64,000 bases of DNA, taken from the NCBI GenBank assembly GCA_965113315.1, contig OZ220368.1; one strand, 5' to 3'. The stretch is from Podarcis vaucheri (Eukaryota). Numbering within the stretch: position 1 is the first letter of the stretch; every line of letters begins with the position of its first letter. The notes under the pieces are model-generated. The model worked only from the letters and a program-made list of their open reading frames with translations. It made no database searches and had not been told where the DNA came from. Positions 40,652 to 52,574 of the stretch are shown here, piece after piece. Both the position numbers and the translations under genes were made by a program.

Positions 40652-41107
40652 GATTTGAAGATTGAAAAAATATTGGCTTATAGAAAATAGAAGAGTCGCA
40701 GAACTCCCACTCCTATTTAAGATTTCCAAATTCTCTGTTTGCAAGTTAAGGAGTACTTTTTCTATAAAGAGAAACAGAAAATAAAGTCCCCTGGCCGCAA
40801 GGAGTCATGCACAGGCCCCGCAAAGAGAAGTGATGAACAAAGTACACACTGGAAATATTTCCTAATAGACCATCCTCTAACACAGAACTCTGAACCTGGA
40901 TAGCTCAGTTGGTTGGAGTATGGTGCTTTAGTGTATGAGTGGCACTGCTAGATTTGGGGCTCCGTGCAGTTGCCAAAGAAGGCAAAGCAATTTGGAGCTC
41001 AGACGTTCACTGTCTTTCAAACTGGAATAAGCAACAAAAGAAAGAAATGTTTTCTATTAGTCAAAATTCCCCACCTGCAATTAAATACAGAAGAGATAGT
41101 GTATTCA

Positions 41108-41507
41108 ACAGCTTTTTTATATATATAAACATTTTGTTGATTTTCACAAAATTATAAACAAAACAAACAAATAAACAAACAAACATGGATCATAACCTTA
41201 TTAAAATTACACTTATTAACATTATTAAGCGACTTCCTCGCTTCCCCTTGGTTGAATTTCCATGCACTTCCTTTTAATGCTTTTCCAAATCAAAGTTCTT
41301 ATAAAATTTAACTAAAACATTAACATTGTTATATCTTTTAATTTTAAAATTAAACATATTGATTCATCACTTAACTTATATGAAATCCTAAGCCAATTAA
41401 GTATCTGCAAGCTATTTCCAATTAATTTAATTTTACATATTTAACTAAATAACCATTAAATTTTGTCCATTCTTCCTGATACTCCTCCTCCTTCTGGTCG
41501 CGGACTC
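41108..41507 (-). mobile_element. Short 5'-truncated L1 of a different subfamily
   Basis: 13-bp TSD GATAGTGTATTCA (41095-41107, 41508-41520); starts VRDQKEEEYQEEWTKFNGYLVKYVKLN*, homologous to the ORF2 end of the 38759 L1; A-rich tail. Confidence 0.85.
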
Positions 41508-41562
41508 GATAGTGTATTCAGGAACTGCACATTTACCCTTTACACTGCTACAAACTCCTTAC

Positions 41563-41737
41563 CCTGTTGAAATCCAGTGACCTTCCAGCCTGGGAGGCAG
41601 GACAGCTGAAATTCTAGCACCATCCTGGAGGTGGCGCAATTGATGCTGGCACTGCGGCTCCCACCGCAGTTTTCCTGGACCGAGCTGGTCTGTGTGAGAT
41701 GGAGGGACATCCCACAGCTTCTTCCCAGATGTGTAAG
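41563..41737 (-). CDS. APCDD1L: APCDD1L exon 2
   Basis: (ct)n tAG|CTTACACA...ACAGG|GTaagg; 175 nt, phase 1-2; YTSGKKLWDVPP...LRWEPQCQHQLRHLQDGARISAVLPPRLEGHWIST(G); joins exon 3 in frame. Confidence 0.94.
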
Positions 41738-42189
41738 CTAGAGAGAGAGAGAGAGAGAAATCAGATTTTTTTAAAAAGACACACATACAGGTGCTCTTTC
41801 ACCTAATAAAAAGCCCCCTCATCACGGCATCTGCCTACAGGCATTCTTTGCCTCTCTGGTAATTTATAGATGTAGAATTTACAGATGCAAAATTTAGCTG
41901 CAAAATACACTGCGCTCTCTGTCTTGGCTGCAGTGAAGACAAACTCCTTAGATTATGTCACTGTTGTGCCCATTTTACAAATGGGAAGCGCGGCCTGATA
42001 GAGAATGAACGAGAGAGAGAGAGAGAGAGAGAAAGGGAAACTGGCTTCCTTGCAGAAGATGTTAGGACTGCAACTTTTAATCATTTTTAAAATATTACTA
42101 AAAAAATGTGAGTTGTAATTAGCACTGCACGAACAGAGTTTCACTTGCACAAATGGACTCCCCCTCCCCTCCTTGTGCACAACTAAGTG

Positions 42190-42472
42190 GCCGTGTTCAC
42201 ACTGTACGTTTAAAGCATCATGATACTACTTTAAGCACTCGTGGCTTCTCCCAAAGAACTCTGGGAGCTGTAGTTTGTGAAGGACGCTTGGAGTTGTTAG
42301 GATACCCTGTTCTCCTCCCAGAGCTACAATTCCCAGTGTGGCTGAGCAATCGATCCCTCATCACAGAGAACTCTGGGAAGTATAGCTCTGAAAGGAGAAT
42401 GGGGGGGGGGGGTGTCTCCTAACAATCCCCAGGACCCTTAACAAACTATTTTTCCCAGGACTGTTTGAGGGG
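42190..42472. mobile_element. Old palindromic MITE
   Basis: Internal inverted repeats ctgggagctgtagttt / aaactatttttcccag and cagagctacaattcccag / ctgggaagtatagctctg; related pieces near 1640-1755 and 6760-6890. Confidence 0.5.
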
Positions 42473-43856
42473 AGAAGATGAGGAAGTCATCTGTGAAAGC
42501 CAAACACCAGACTTGCCTCTAGTTTAATAATTCTATTTGCAAAACTTCTCCCACAAACATTTTTTTTTGTGTGTGTGTGCACACCGTTTTAATGCATATG
42601 TGTATTTGTGTGCACAAATTTAATTTAATAAACTGATTGGTTTCAGGTTTCTTCAACTAGGCAGCAGCCCCATTATAGGTTTTCATGATTTGTGTTTTTG
42701 GTATATACCCTTTCTCTCTCTGAAAGTTTATCAAGTGGAAAGGTGAGATATAAGTATTTTATATGAAAGAGATTAAATAAATCCATCCGTCTAATCTGTG
42801 GCACAACAACAAGGCTATCTCTCTCTCCTTGGATATCTAGCCAGGTGGCTCTAGATTAGACTTCTTTGCCTCTGTTTCCAACAGTGTGGTTCTAATTTAC
42901 AGGATACATAACTTTCTAGTACTCAGCAAGAAAGACCCTGGCCATTTCAGTGGGGGTGCTGGCTTAGCTCTAATTTAAGCACCAGGATCACAGATCTATT
43001 TGCTATCCTCTGGCTAAATATAGAGCAACTATGTAGACAGTTGGAAAAAAAAGCATTTGCTTCCAGAAAGGGAGACCTGAAGGTCCGGGTCTCAAGGAAG
43101 GCCAACAGGTGGCAACGGAAACAGGAGCAGAGAAACGTGAAAAGGCCACAGTCCCCAAATCTGAGTAGCACCCAGCAGATCGTGAAACAGTTTCTAACAC
43201 TGCACTGTTGGCAAGAGAACAATATAATTACTTTTTGAGAAATGCATAAAATACTTCATTTTTTTAAAATGCATTTTTAATAACATGCAATAACCTAAAT
43301 ATGTAATTGTATACTGAACATCATAGAAATGATAAAAAATATGTGATAATGCATATAATAGATATTACTAGATATTGTTACAGGTCATGGGTGCTGGGGT
43401 TTGTGGGTGCAAGTCGCACGCAATTCTTAGAATTAGTAAAAGTTAGAAGTAATCAAGGTTTGATTAAACTGTGCCAAACACAGAAAATTCTGGATTTAGT
43501 TTATGCTAATGAGCCAGGCTAACTGAGCAGGGCCAGATGAATGTAAGTAATGTCCATAAAGAACAAAGACCAGCAATGGCCCGTCAAGGAAACCATCAAG
43601 AGAGAGTGGACACTGCCAGACCAGGAGGGGAGAGACCTCCTTCCAGCTGTGTGTTACTGGAGACCAAAGGGCTGCAGGATTTCGGTGTGGCTGGCCTAAG
43701 CGAACAGAAAAATGGCCAGTTTTGCAAGCAGAACACAATGCGGGCTGGAGGGGGAAAGCTGCAACAAAGAGACGCAAGATGGCTTTCTGCTGTTCTCTGA
43801 ATGCCGTGCTGCGCCGGGGATGTGGAATCCCATCACGTGGGTTCAGGTTGTAGATA

Positions 43857-44077
43857 CAGTCGTACCTTGGAACCCAAACACCTTGCAAGTCGAAGGTTTT
43901 GGCTCCTGGACACAGCAAACCTGGAAGTGAGTGTTCCGGTTTGCGAACGTTCTTTGGAACCCAAACGTCCGACACGGCTTCCGCAGCTTCCGATTGGCTG
44001 CAGATTGGTTTTCCGAACATTCTGGAAGTCGAATGGACTTCCGAAACGGATTGTGTTTGGCTTCCGAGGTACCAAAG
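43857..44077. mobile_element. Tc1/mariner MITE, family C
   Basis: TA|CAGTCGTACCTTGG ... CCGAGGTACCAAAG|TA; homologous to 55963-56197. Confidence 0.75.
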
Positions 44078-44282
44078 TAAGTGTAAATAAGCAATAGATC
44101 ACTGTCTCTCTGTTGTGCCTCATTCTCCCAGAAGGGAACGCAGACTCTGGTAAACACACCTGCAACCCCTGGAATCTTCCACCTGGAGATTGGGGTTGGC
44201 ATGTAACAATACCATATAAAACAGTGAAGAAGTGATTTGATAATACATTTAAAATACTGTTAGAAAGCCTAACAGTATTTTA

Positions 44283-44633
44283 GGGACGCGGGTGGCGCTG
44301 TGGGTTAAACCACAGAGCCTAGGGCTTGCTGATCAGAAGGTCGGCGGTTCGAATCCCCATGACGGGGTGAGCTCCCGTTGCTCGATCCCAGCTCCTGCCA
44401 ACCTAGCAGTTCGAAAGCACATCAAAGTGCAAGTAGATAAATAGGTACCACTCTGGCAGGAAGGTAAACGGCGTTTCCGTGTGCTGCTCTGGTTCGCCAA
44501 AAGCGGCTTAGTCATGCTGGCCACATGACCTGGAAGCTATACGCCGGCTCCCTCGGCCAATAAAGCGAAATGAGCGCCACAACCCGAGTCGGCCACGACT
44601 GGACCTAATGGTCAGGGGTCCCTTTACCTTTAC
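44283..44633 (+). mobile_element. Sauria SINE
   Basis: Full length; TSD TAGAAAGCCT (44261-44270, 44634-44643). Confidence 0.95.
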
Positions 44634-46143
44634 TAGAAAGCCTTTATGGTGTGTCTCTGGGGATCTGTTGCTGGGGCTCGTGAGAAGGAGAATAATGTTG
44701 CAATCAGGCTTGTGGGTTTAATGTCTGTTTCCTCATTTGTTCCCTTCCCAAAGCGAGGTCTAGGGAGATCCCCAAGTTTCTGGGAACATATGGCTCCGTC
44801 AGCCATTACATGCAGCAAGACATTTTAAAAGGCTGACTATTTTGGTGTGCTAACCAAATCAAGATCCGAGTTACACAAAGCTCCGCAGCGGCCAGAGTGG
44901 AACTATTAAAAGCTGAGCGCGCGTACAAACAGAACCACTTTGAAACGTGTCCAATAAACAATCCCGTTTTAATTTAATAGGTTTCTAGCCTGCCCGATCT
45001 CTAGACACTCCCCCCTCCTCCCAACCCTGCCTCCTCTCCCTTGCCAAATTTACTGCTGATGGGCAACAGCTGAATTGCAACACAGGAACATAAAGCCTTT
45101 CCTGTTGCCCTTTTACAAGGACAGTAATCTTGTCACTTACCTAATTTCCTGTAGCAGCGGATGTTACTGGCTTAGGCAATGGGAGAATAGGCAGCCAAAC
45201 CAAGCCTTTAACTTGATAGTTTTGAAAAAAAAATACACAACAGAAGTCGTTGAGGCTTCTACTAGTGGAAGAGAGATAGTGCCCTGGTCTCTAACACCAG
45301 TGTCTTTTTCTGAATAAGCTTTTCCTCCAGGTTTTCAGTCATTTGAGCTAACCCCCTGCCACTCCTCCTCCTCCTCCTCCTCCTCCTCCTCATTATTATT
45401 ATTATTAATTATTCTCTAAGTTTGAATCAATGTAGAATAAGGGACAAACTGTGGACCAGGACTAAGGAAGCTGGTTTTCACATTCCTTTTGGGCAATAAA
45501 CTTTCCAAGGTGGCCCCAGACCACATTTCAGAAGTATTTCTCTTACAGCTTCTATTTGCCCATCTGTAAAATGGGGACATTAACGAATTTGATTTTTCTC
45601 TGCCATAAACCGCTAGCTGGCTAGGGTTCTGAAAAATGAGGTGGGAGCTGCTGCTAAAAACACGAGTTCTGTAATCTATTTGAATGTCTTGCATTTGTTT
45701 TTCACCTACAGTAGGTATCTGTTTTTACATACATACATATAGAAATAATTTTTCTCATGGTTTGGCTTGTTTTCCTTATGAATGGAGTGTTAATATGCAA
45801 CTTATTGTACCTGTTTATATGATTTTTGGAACTTTTGTATATTGTTGGTTTTCTCTGTTTATTTTTACTACTCCACACAAACACCCACCCCTCACCCCCC
45901 GCCTGCTCTTGGATTGAAAATATTCAGTGACGAGTGGGTTAGAAATACTGTAAATAACAAACAAACAAACAAACAAACAAACAAACACTATTTTGATGGG
46001 CACTTCCTGTAGATTGGCCACATATCCTACTATGCCTAGGACTCTCTTTGAAGTGCTGTTCAACGACAGTCTTGTATTTGAAAGAGCCCTCTGTTATTTG
46101 AAGTCCAGGTAAAAGACAGCGAACCATAAGAAAGAGCCTTGAC

Positions 46144-46452
46144 CCGGGGTCCCCAAACTAAGGGCCATGGACCGGATAAGGCCCGAGGGACTCGTTTATC
46201 CTGCTGCCTGCTGCCTGCTTCTACCAGCACTGCACTGTTGCCCACTTCCAGGTCTGAGGAGCACTGGAAATAGCTTCTGCACATGCGTAAGCGTTATTTG
46301 TGCATGCGCAAGTGTTATTTCCGGTGCACATACAGGTTGGAGGAGGCCTGTGCACATGCACACAAGCTATTTCCGATGCTCCTCTGACCCGGAAGTGCGC
46401 TGGAAGTGCGCTGGAAAGAGCCCTCCGCCCGGTGTAAGTTTGCTGACCCCTG
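46144..46452. mobile_element. hAT MITE
   Basis: CCGGGGTCCCCAAACT / AGTTTGCTGACCCCTG ends; 8-bp TSD GCCTTGAC; internal inverted repeat. Confidence 0.85.
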
Positions 46453-46469
46453 GCCTTGACATTCCCAGT

Positions 46470-46652
46470 CCAGTGTGGTGTAGTGGTTAGAGTGTTGCAC
46501 GATAGACCAGGGTTCAAACTCCCACTCAGCCAGGAAGCTCCCCGGGTAACCTTGGGCCAGTCACCGCCTCTCAGCCTAACCTAGCACCACAGGGTTGTGG
46601 TGCAGATTAAATAAGGGGAGATCTATGCATGCTGCCCTCAGCTCCCTGGAGG
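46470..46652 (+). mobile_element. Squam3-like tRNA SINE
   Basis: ccagtgtggtgtagtggttagagtgttg..gggttcaaactcccactcagcc..ccttgggccagtcac..ctctcagcctaacct..cacagggttgt. Confidence 0.75.
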
Positions 46653-47692
46653 GACACCAATGTTGGAACATTGTGGGAAATTAAACCGGTGGGTGGCTCA
46701 CAGTGGCCAGCAACCTATACAGGGAACAAGTGGGGGGGCAGCAACCGCAGTGGGCCCTCTTGGGGTTTTGGAGGCGCAGTAGCCTGTCCCAAGATGCTGG
46801 ATCCTGCCACAGGCTGTGAACCCAAAGACTTTATTTTACTTAAATGAGTAAAAATACATCCCTGCTACAAACAGTAATAAAAAAAAGTCTCAATGTGCAG
46901 TGCTAATGGACCAGAATCACTTACTGTTTACATCAGTATATACACACTTGAATCAGTGTAGTTATTCCAGATGTTTACTACTGATGGCTTAGCGCCGAAA
47001 TGTTTGCGCATGCTAACATTTCTGAGCCAATGTGTGGCGCTGCTCTTTGACTGAATCCTTATTATGTCTCCTTGGCAGAGGCAGCAAGCCGGCATTGTTT
47101 TGAATCACAGACACTTTGGCAAGATAATCACAGGGCTCCGACACATTGAAGAAGGGAAAAGGTTGTGTTTTCTTTCTTTCCTAATAGAAGATAAGACTTG
47201 GCAAAGGGGAAAAAGTGAAAGCGCAACCGGCTAAGATGTTTTTACTTCTGGGAGAATCTGTATTGCATTGTGCTTGTGGCAGTGAAGCTTCTAACATCGA
47301 CTGAATGAAGTGAGAACGCTCATAAAAATTCCAACTGGTCAAAGAACAAAGCTCAGAGAATATTTGCAGTCCAAATTCTTTCAGGGGGGGGGGGAGGTTG
47401 TCAGTTTGGCTGGGACTGAATCCTCAGGCAAGCTAAAGGCAAGGAGTCCAGAGGCAAGGTGGCTGCAGGAAGGGAACAGAGCAGGCAATGGACTGAGAGA
47501 ACAAGGCTATCAATGGCTTCTAGCAAGGGTAGATGTAGTTGAAATCCACTGCCAGAGCCAGTGAATCACAAATGAAGAGAGTACACCTGGTTGGCTGTTG
47601 TGAGAACAAGATGCTGGACTGGACGGGCCTTTGGCCTGATCCAGTAGACTCTGCTTGTGCCCTTTGGACGGAGGGCCAGGAAGCAAAGTGCA

Positions 47693-48343
47693 TGTGCTGG
47701 GCCTGGGGGTAACCTGAGCAATGCGGTCCAGGTCCAGTCCCGAATCCAAGGGTTCTGTGAGGAGTCAGTCCGACAGGGCCAAGGCAGGACACGAGGCAGG
47801 AAACCAGGCAAGGTCAGGCACAGGATCACAGGCAGGTTCTGGCAAACAGCAACGTTGCTCCTGCAACCTGGGGATGGATCCGACAGCCTTTTATCTCTGA
47901 TGGGGTAACGGCCGGTTCTGATCCCCTGGTGACTTACCTCCCTGTCTCGCCCGAAGGCGAGCACTCCTCCTGCGAGTACTCAGTTCTCTCCTTCTCTCAG
48001 ACTTTCGTCTCTGCAGCTCGGGAGATGTCGGTGGGTTACTAGACCCAGAGGCCGCCTCCGCCTCTCCTGACCGAACCGGTAGTGGAGCAGCTGTAAGTGA
48101 TGGCCCGGCTGAAGGCAATGAGGTCATCCCCACATCTGGAGCCAGGGCAGGCTCAGGCCCCTGACTCGGCACAGCTGGTGCTTCGGCCCAGCTGGTGGAA
48201 CAGGTTGCAGGGGAACCTGTGCAGACTGGGGCTCTTCAGAATCAGGCCCCAGACTCAGTTCAGATTCCGCTTGAGGCTAAGGATCCGGTTCAGACTGAGA
48301 CGACTCTGGTTCCAAGTCCGAGCCCGAGTCCCAGGCCATCACA
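47693..48343 (-). mobile_element. Solo LTR (651 bp)
   Basis: TG...CA ends with inverted termini TGTGCTGGGCCTGGG / CCCAGGCCATCACA; 5-bp TSD GTGCA (47688-47692, 48344-48348); TATA-like GATAAAAG on - strand at 47895-47888; GC-rich compared with flanks. Confidence 0.85.
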
Positions 48344-49471
48344 GTGCAGTTAGTATGGGCCCTAGCAGAGCTGATGTACCTGGACGCACAACTCCCCCAT
48401 CAACTGACCTGGCCATCTTAATAAAGGCAACGCGTTCCAAGAAACAATGAAAGGTGGGGTTAAGGAGCTCTGTTTCACATATATGGAAGAGATAGGGATG
48501 GAGAAGAATTTTGGAAATGGGAGAGTTGGAAACGAACTCCAATTTCAGAAATCACCAGGCCATTAATAGCCAAGTCCAACCTCGGCTCCTAATGGTTCAG
48601 CCCCAGCCTTCTTGCCTCCCAATTTTCCTCCTTCTACTGGGGGAGAAATAACAGCAGCTGAGGCTAAAGCCAAGATATGGAAGCTGCCTTATACCAGATC
48701 AGACCATTGGTCCATCTAGGTTAGGACTGAAGAGCAGCGGTTTTAGACAGCCCTTCCTAGAGGTGCTGTCGATAGAATTTGTGACCCTTCCCTTCCCCAC
48801 AACATGAACGCTGGGGGCTGAAAAAACCCCCAAAACCAACCCTCCCTTCTCATTAGCTAGGAGGAATGAAAGAAAGAAGAACATCTCAAATTTAAGCTAA
48901 CGGCCATTGTCTGTTTTTCTGCAGTCAGTAATGACTTTTGAGCCCAAGACTCATTTTCCAGAAGGAATAATTTTATAAAAACAATGGTTCCTAGATCTGG
49001 AGGGTTCAAGCATGTTTGAATGCTTTCATTTCCGTGAGCTGGAAATGTAGAAAGAGCTTTAGACACCTTCAACTGACACTGTCCCTTAACCAAATTAAGT
49101 CTGGGAAATGTTGGCAGTGCGGGTTTGGAGAATTTCTGGGGAAAGCCGGAAATAATCCCAAGAATACTGAAAGGAAAAAGTCCCTTTTGGTAGGATAGAG
49201 GAGTTTTAAGCATAAAGCTCTCTGATACAAACTACGGAAGTGATAGTAGAAATCTATGTTGTACTTCCAGACTTCGCCACAAGGGGGCAGTTTAAGGAGA
49301 AATGCTCACCAGGCAACTGTCATGGCCAAAGGTCATGATGAGAATGACTTTTAGCACACCAAGAATGAATATAAAGGAGAAGGAGATAGCTGAATTATGG
49401 TGATCATAAAAACCTTTGAGTGGCGATTATTCTGAATCAGGCCAATGTTCCACCTAGTTTAGTAATAAATA

Positions 49472-49507
<36 letters not shown>
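49472..49507. repeat. (AAT)12 microsatellite
   Basis: Read directly. Confidence 0.95.
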
Positions 49508-49508
<1 letters not shown>

Positions 49509-50746
49509 GGTGCTGGGGATTGAATGGAATGCATTATCTGAAATCCTGAACAAAAGCACTCCATGCCGCAACATTTTGTTGCAGGGCCCCACTTGTACCT
49601 ATTGACTCTTTTAAATTGCTGTTAAAAACTGTGCAGGCACGAACTTGAGACCAGCTCTTTCAGTGCTAAGCACACAAACAAACACTAACAAATACAAAGT
49701 CTGAGGGAATAATTACACATCACGGACATACAAACATGCCACAAACATGCATTTTGAATCCCCACAGGGGGAAAAGACAGCATTGTGGGTGTTTAGATTG
49801 CCATTTTGAGTGGAAAAGCAGGGAAATCATTAAACTGTAGCCTCCCTCCTCCAACCTGACCCTTTCCAAAGTTGCTTTTCTCTAAGTGGAAAATCAGCTA
49901 GCAGGCTTGTCACATGCAAGTGAGAAGCATGCATTTTATTTTATTTATTTAAAATATTTATATACCGCACATCACAGCAGTTTACAACAGTATAATAAAC
50001 CTAAAGCCAAACAATAAAATCATAAAAAGCTTTTTAAAAAGGTAAAAACAATTATCAACAGTCCAGTGTGGGGGGTGTACTCCTAACTGCCTGCACATGC
50101 CCTAGAGGACTAGAAAAGTTTTCAGCGGGCATTTAAAAATTGGCACAGAAGTTAAATCCTTAGATAACCCACAGAACCACCAGGAAACACATCCAGTTGT
50201 TATGTACTACTCCAGCTAGTGGCTGCGACAATGTATATTTATTTAACTAAAAATATTGTTATTTTGCCACTCCACACTCCATAGGGTGGCTGGGAATTGG
50301 ATGGTTGTTCCACAATGGGCAACTGTGTGGCAAACTTAGGTTGACCCCTGGGGCAAGGAAAATGTTCAGAGCCCCATTTTTAATCTAATTTAATTTTTTT
50401 GGGGGGGAGGGAGCAGGGGAATCCAAGCTACCATAACAGTACATGGGAGAAGTGTATGGCACAAGGAAGGATGAGAAAACGGGCTGAAATGTCTGTGAAG
50501 GAAAAATAACTGAGGTGGGGAGGTGAAATAACTGAAAGAAAAGTAACCACGGAACAATAGCAATTCAGCTGGAAATTAGGAACAGGATGTTTTGGCTCAA
50601 AACTGTTGTTGTTGTTGTTGTTTAACTGATCACTTTAACTTATAAATGGCTTTCTGTGCAATCATCTCAAGGCAATGTGAAATTAGAACAGTGAAACAGT
50701 TTTTAGGAAACCTAAAACGGCAGTTACTTTTAAAGCGAAGTTAAAG

Positions 50747-50978
50747 ATGGCCTTCTTGGTAGCAGCGCCCGCCCTGTGGAACGCCCTCCCACCATATGTC
50801 AAGGAAATAAACAACTATCTGATTTTAGAAGACATCTGAATGCAGCCCTGTTTAGGGAACATTTTAATGTTTGATGTTTTATTGCTTGATGATGATGATG
50901 ATGATGTGGCCGGGGAAACCCAGACAGATGGGCAATTACTATTATTACTATTACTATTATTATTATTACTATTATTAC
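50747..50978 (+). mobile_element. L2 3' fragment with (GAT)n and (TAT/TAC)n tracts
   Basis: gcgcccgccctgtggaacgccctccca..gcagccctgtttagggaa..gggaaacccagacagatggg matches the other L2 copies. Confidence 0.8.
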
Positions 50979-52189
50979 CACCATACAAAATAGACATTTG
51001 TGACAAGGGCCCATTTATCTGGCTGGGAAAGTCTGCAGATAAAAAAAAAGATCTTCCGACTGTTTCCAGAAAATGCTATCCCACAAAACGGTGGCAGCCA
51101 CACGAAAAACCCTGCTCTGAGTTACTGCGGAGCGAACTTCTGAGATCTTTGGAGCTTGCAGGAGAAGCTATTCCCATAGACAACAGCGACGGACTGGCTA
51201 TGTAGGGGATAAGGCAGTCCCTCAAAGGGGGCTTTCCTTTCAGCCAGAACTCAAGTTCTGGCACCTCTCTGGTGGGCGCCATTGCCATTCTAAGAGAACA
51301 AGAGTGGTGAGTTTGTGATGAGTTCCAGCACCTCTTTTTCTAGAAAAACAGCGTTGTCGTCAAGGAACCTGTTCCTGAGCTGCCTAGGGCCTCCTTCAAC
51401 ACCTTGAACTTGCCCCAGACTGCCAGTCTGTTGAGACTCCAGACGGGCTTCTAAGCAGCGGCTGACTGGCCAGTTGTCGGGGATATGGCAGCAACAGATT
51501 TATTGCACCAGTCAGTGGCTGAACTGCACAGATTTCAAGGTTTAAGCTCTGTTCTTAAGTGTGGACAATACAGAACTAGATGGGTCCGACTCTGAATAAG
51601 GCAGGTTTCCATCTTTCTAAGTTCAAAAGAAATGGAGCTATAACAGGAAGCAAGACAGACTGTTTTTGAAGTTACATTCCTTTCAAGCCGATAGAAGACG
51701 TATGTTATCCTTGCATACCCAAGCATGGAAGCTCCATATTAATGGCCATTGTGGTCTCTTCTACGTTGATACATAAAGACTTGCCCTCCCTCGTTCTTCA
51801 TCTCCTATGGTGCTTTCTGAAGAGCGCAACTATTAATCAGGTTGCCAGAAGTATTTCCAGGGTCTAAGTAATTAATAGTGATCGCAGGCCTGGAAGCAAA
51901 AGGACCACCTACCACATAATAGTAAAATAAACAGGGGCTTCATCCCAAGCAACACAAAACAGGGGTACTGGCAAGACTTGAAGGTCCAGCCAAAGGAATT
52001 ATGAGAGGTTTTTGTTATGAGGTATGATAAAAGGAGCTTAGTAACATACAGGCTGGCTGGCTGACAAGCGAATGGTATAGAAATGATAGAAACCGATAAA
52101 TATTCAAAGGGTACAGGCATGCAAGAGTGGGGATTTTTTAAGGGGAAAGAGAAAGTGACCAGTCCAGGGTGGAACTGCAAAAGGCAATA

Positions 52190-52574
52190 CAGTGGTGCCT
52201 CGCAAGAAGAAATTAATTCGTTCCACAAGTTTTTTTCTTCTTGCGATTTTTTCGTCTTGCGAAGCACGGTTTCCCATAGGAATGCATTGAAAATCAATCA
52301 ATGTGTTCCTATGGAGACCGTGTGGGGACAGAGGGGAAGCGCCGCACGCCTTCCCCTCTGTCCCCTCTTTTGAAGCAAGGGGCGGAGGGGAGAAGATCGC
52401 TTCTCCCCGTTGCCGCCCCTTGGTTCAAAAGGGGTCCGGGGTGCGGGGGCAAGCTTCGTTTTGCGAAGCAAGCCCATAGGGAAATTCGTCTTGCGAAGCA
52501 ACTCGAAAACGAAAAAACCTTTCGTCTTGTGAGTTTTTCGTCTCGCGAGGCGTTCGTCTTGCGGGGCACCACTG
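52190..52574. mobile_element. Tc1/mariner MITE, family B variant (inverted)
   Basis: TA|CAGTGGTGCCTCGCAAGA ... TCTTGCGGGGCACCACTG|TA. Confidence 0.88.

Noticed and set aside
45121-45180. Strong - strand donor AG|GTAAGT as APCDD1L coding exon 1
   Set aside because: The phase-1 frame upstream hits TAA within 11 codons and encodes no signal peptide; no CpG island. Exon 1 is probably beyond the window.
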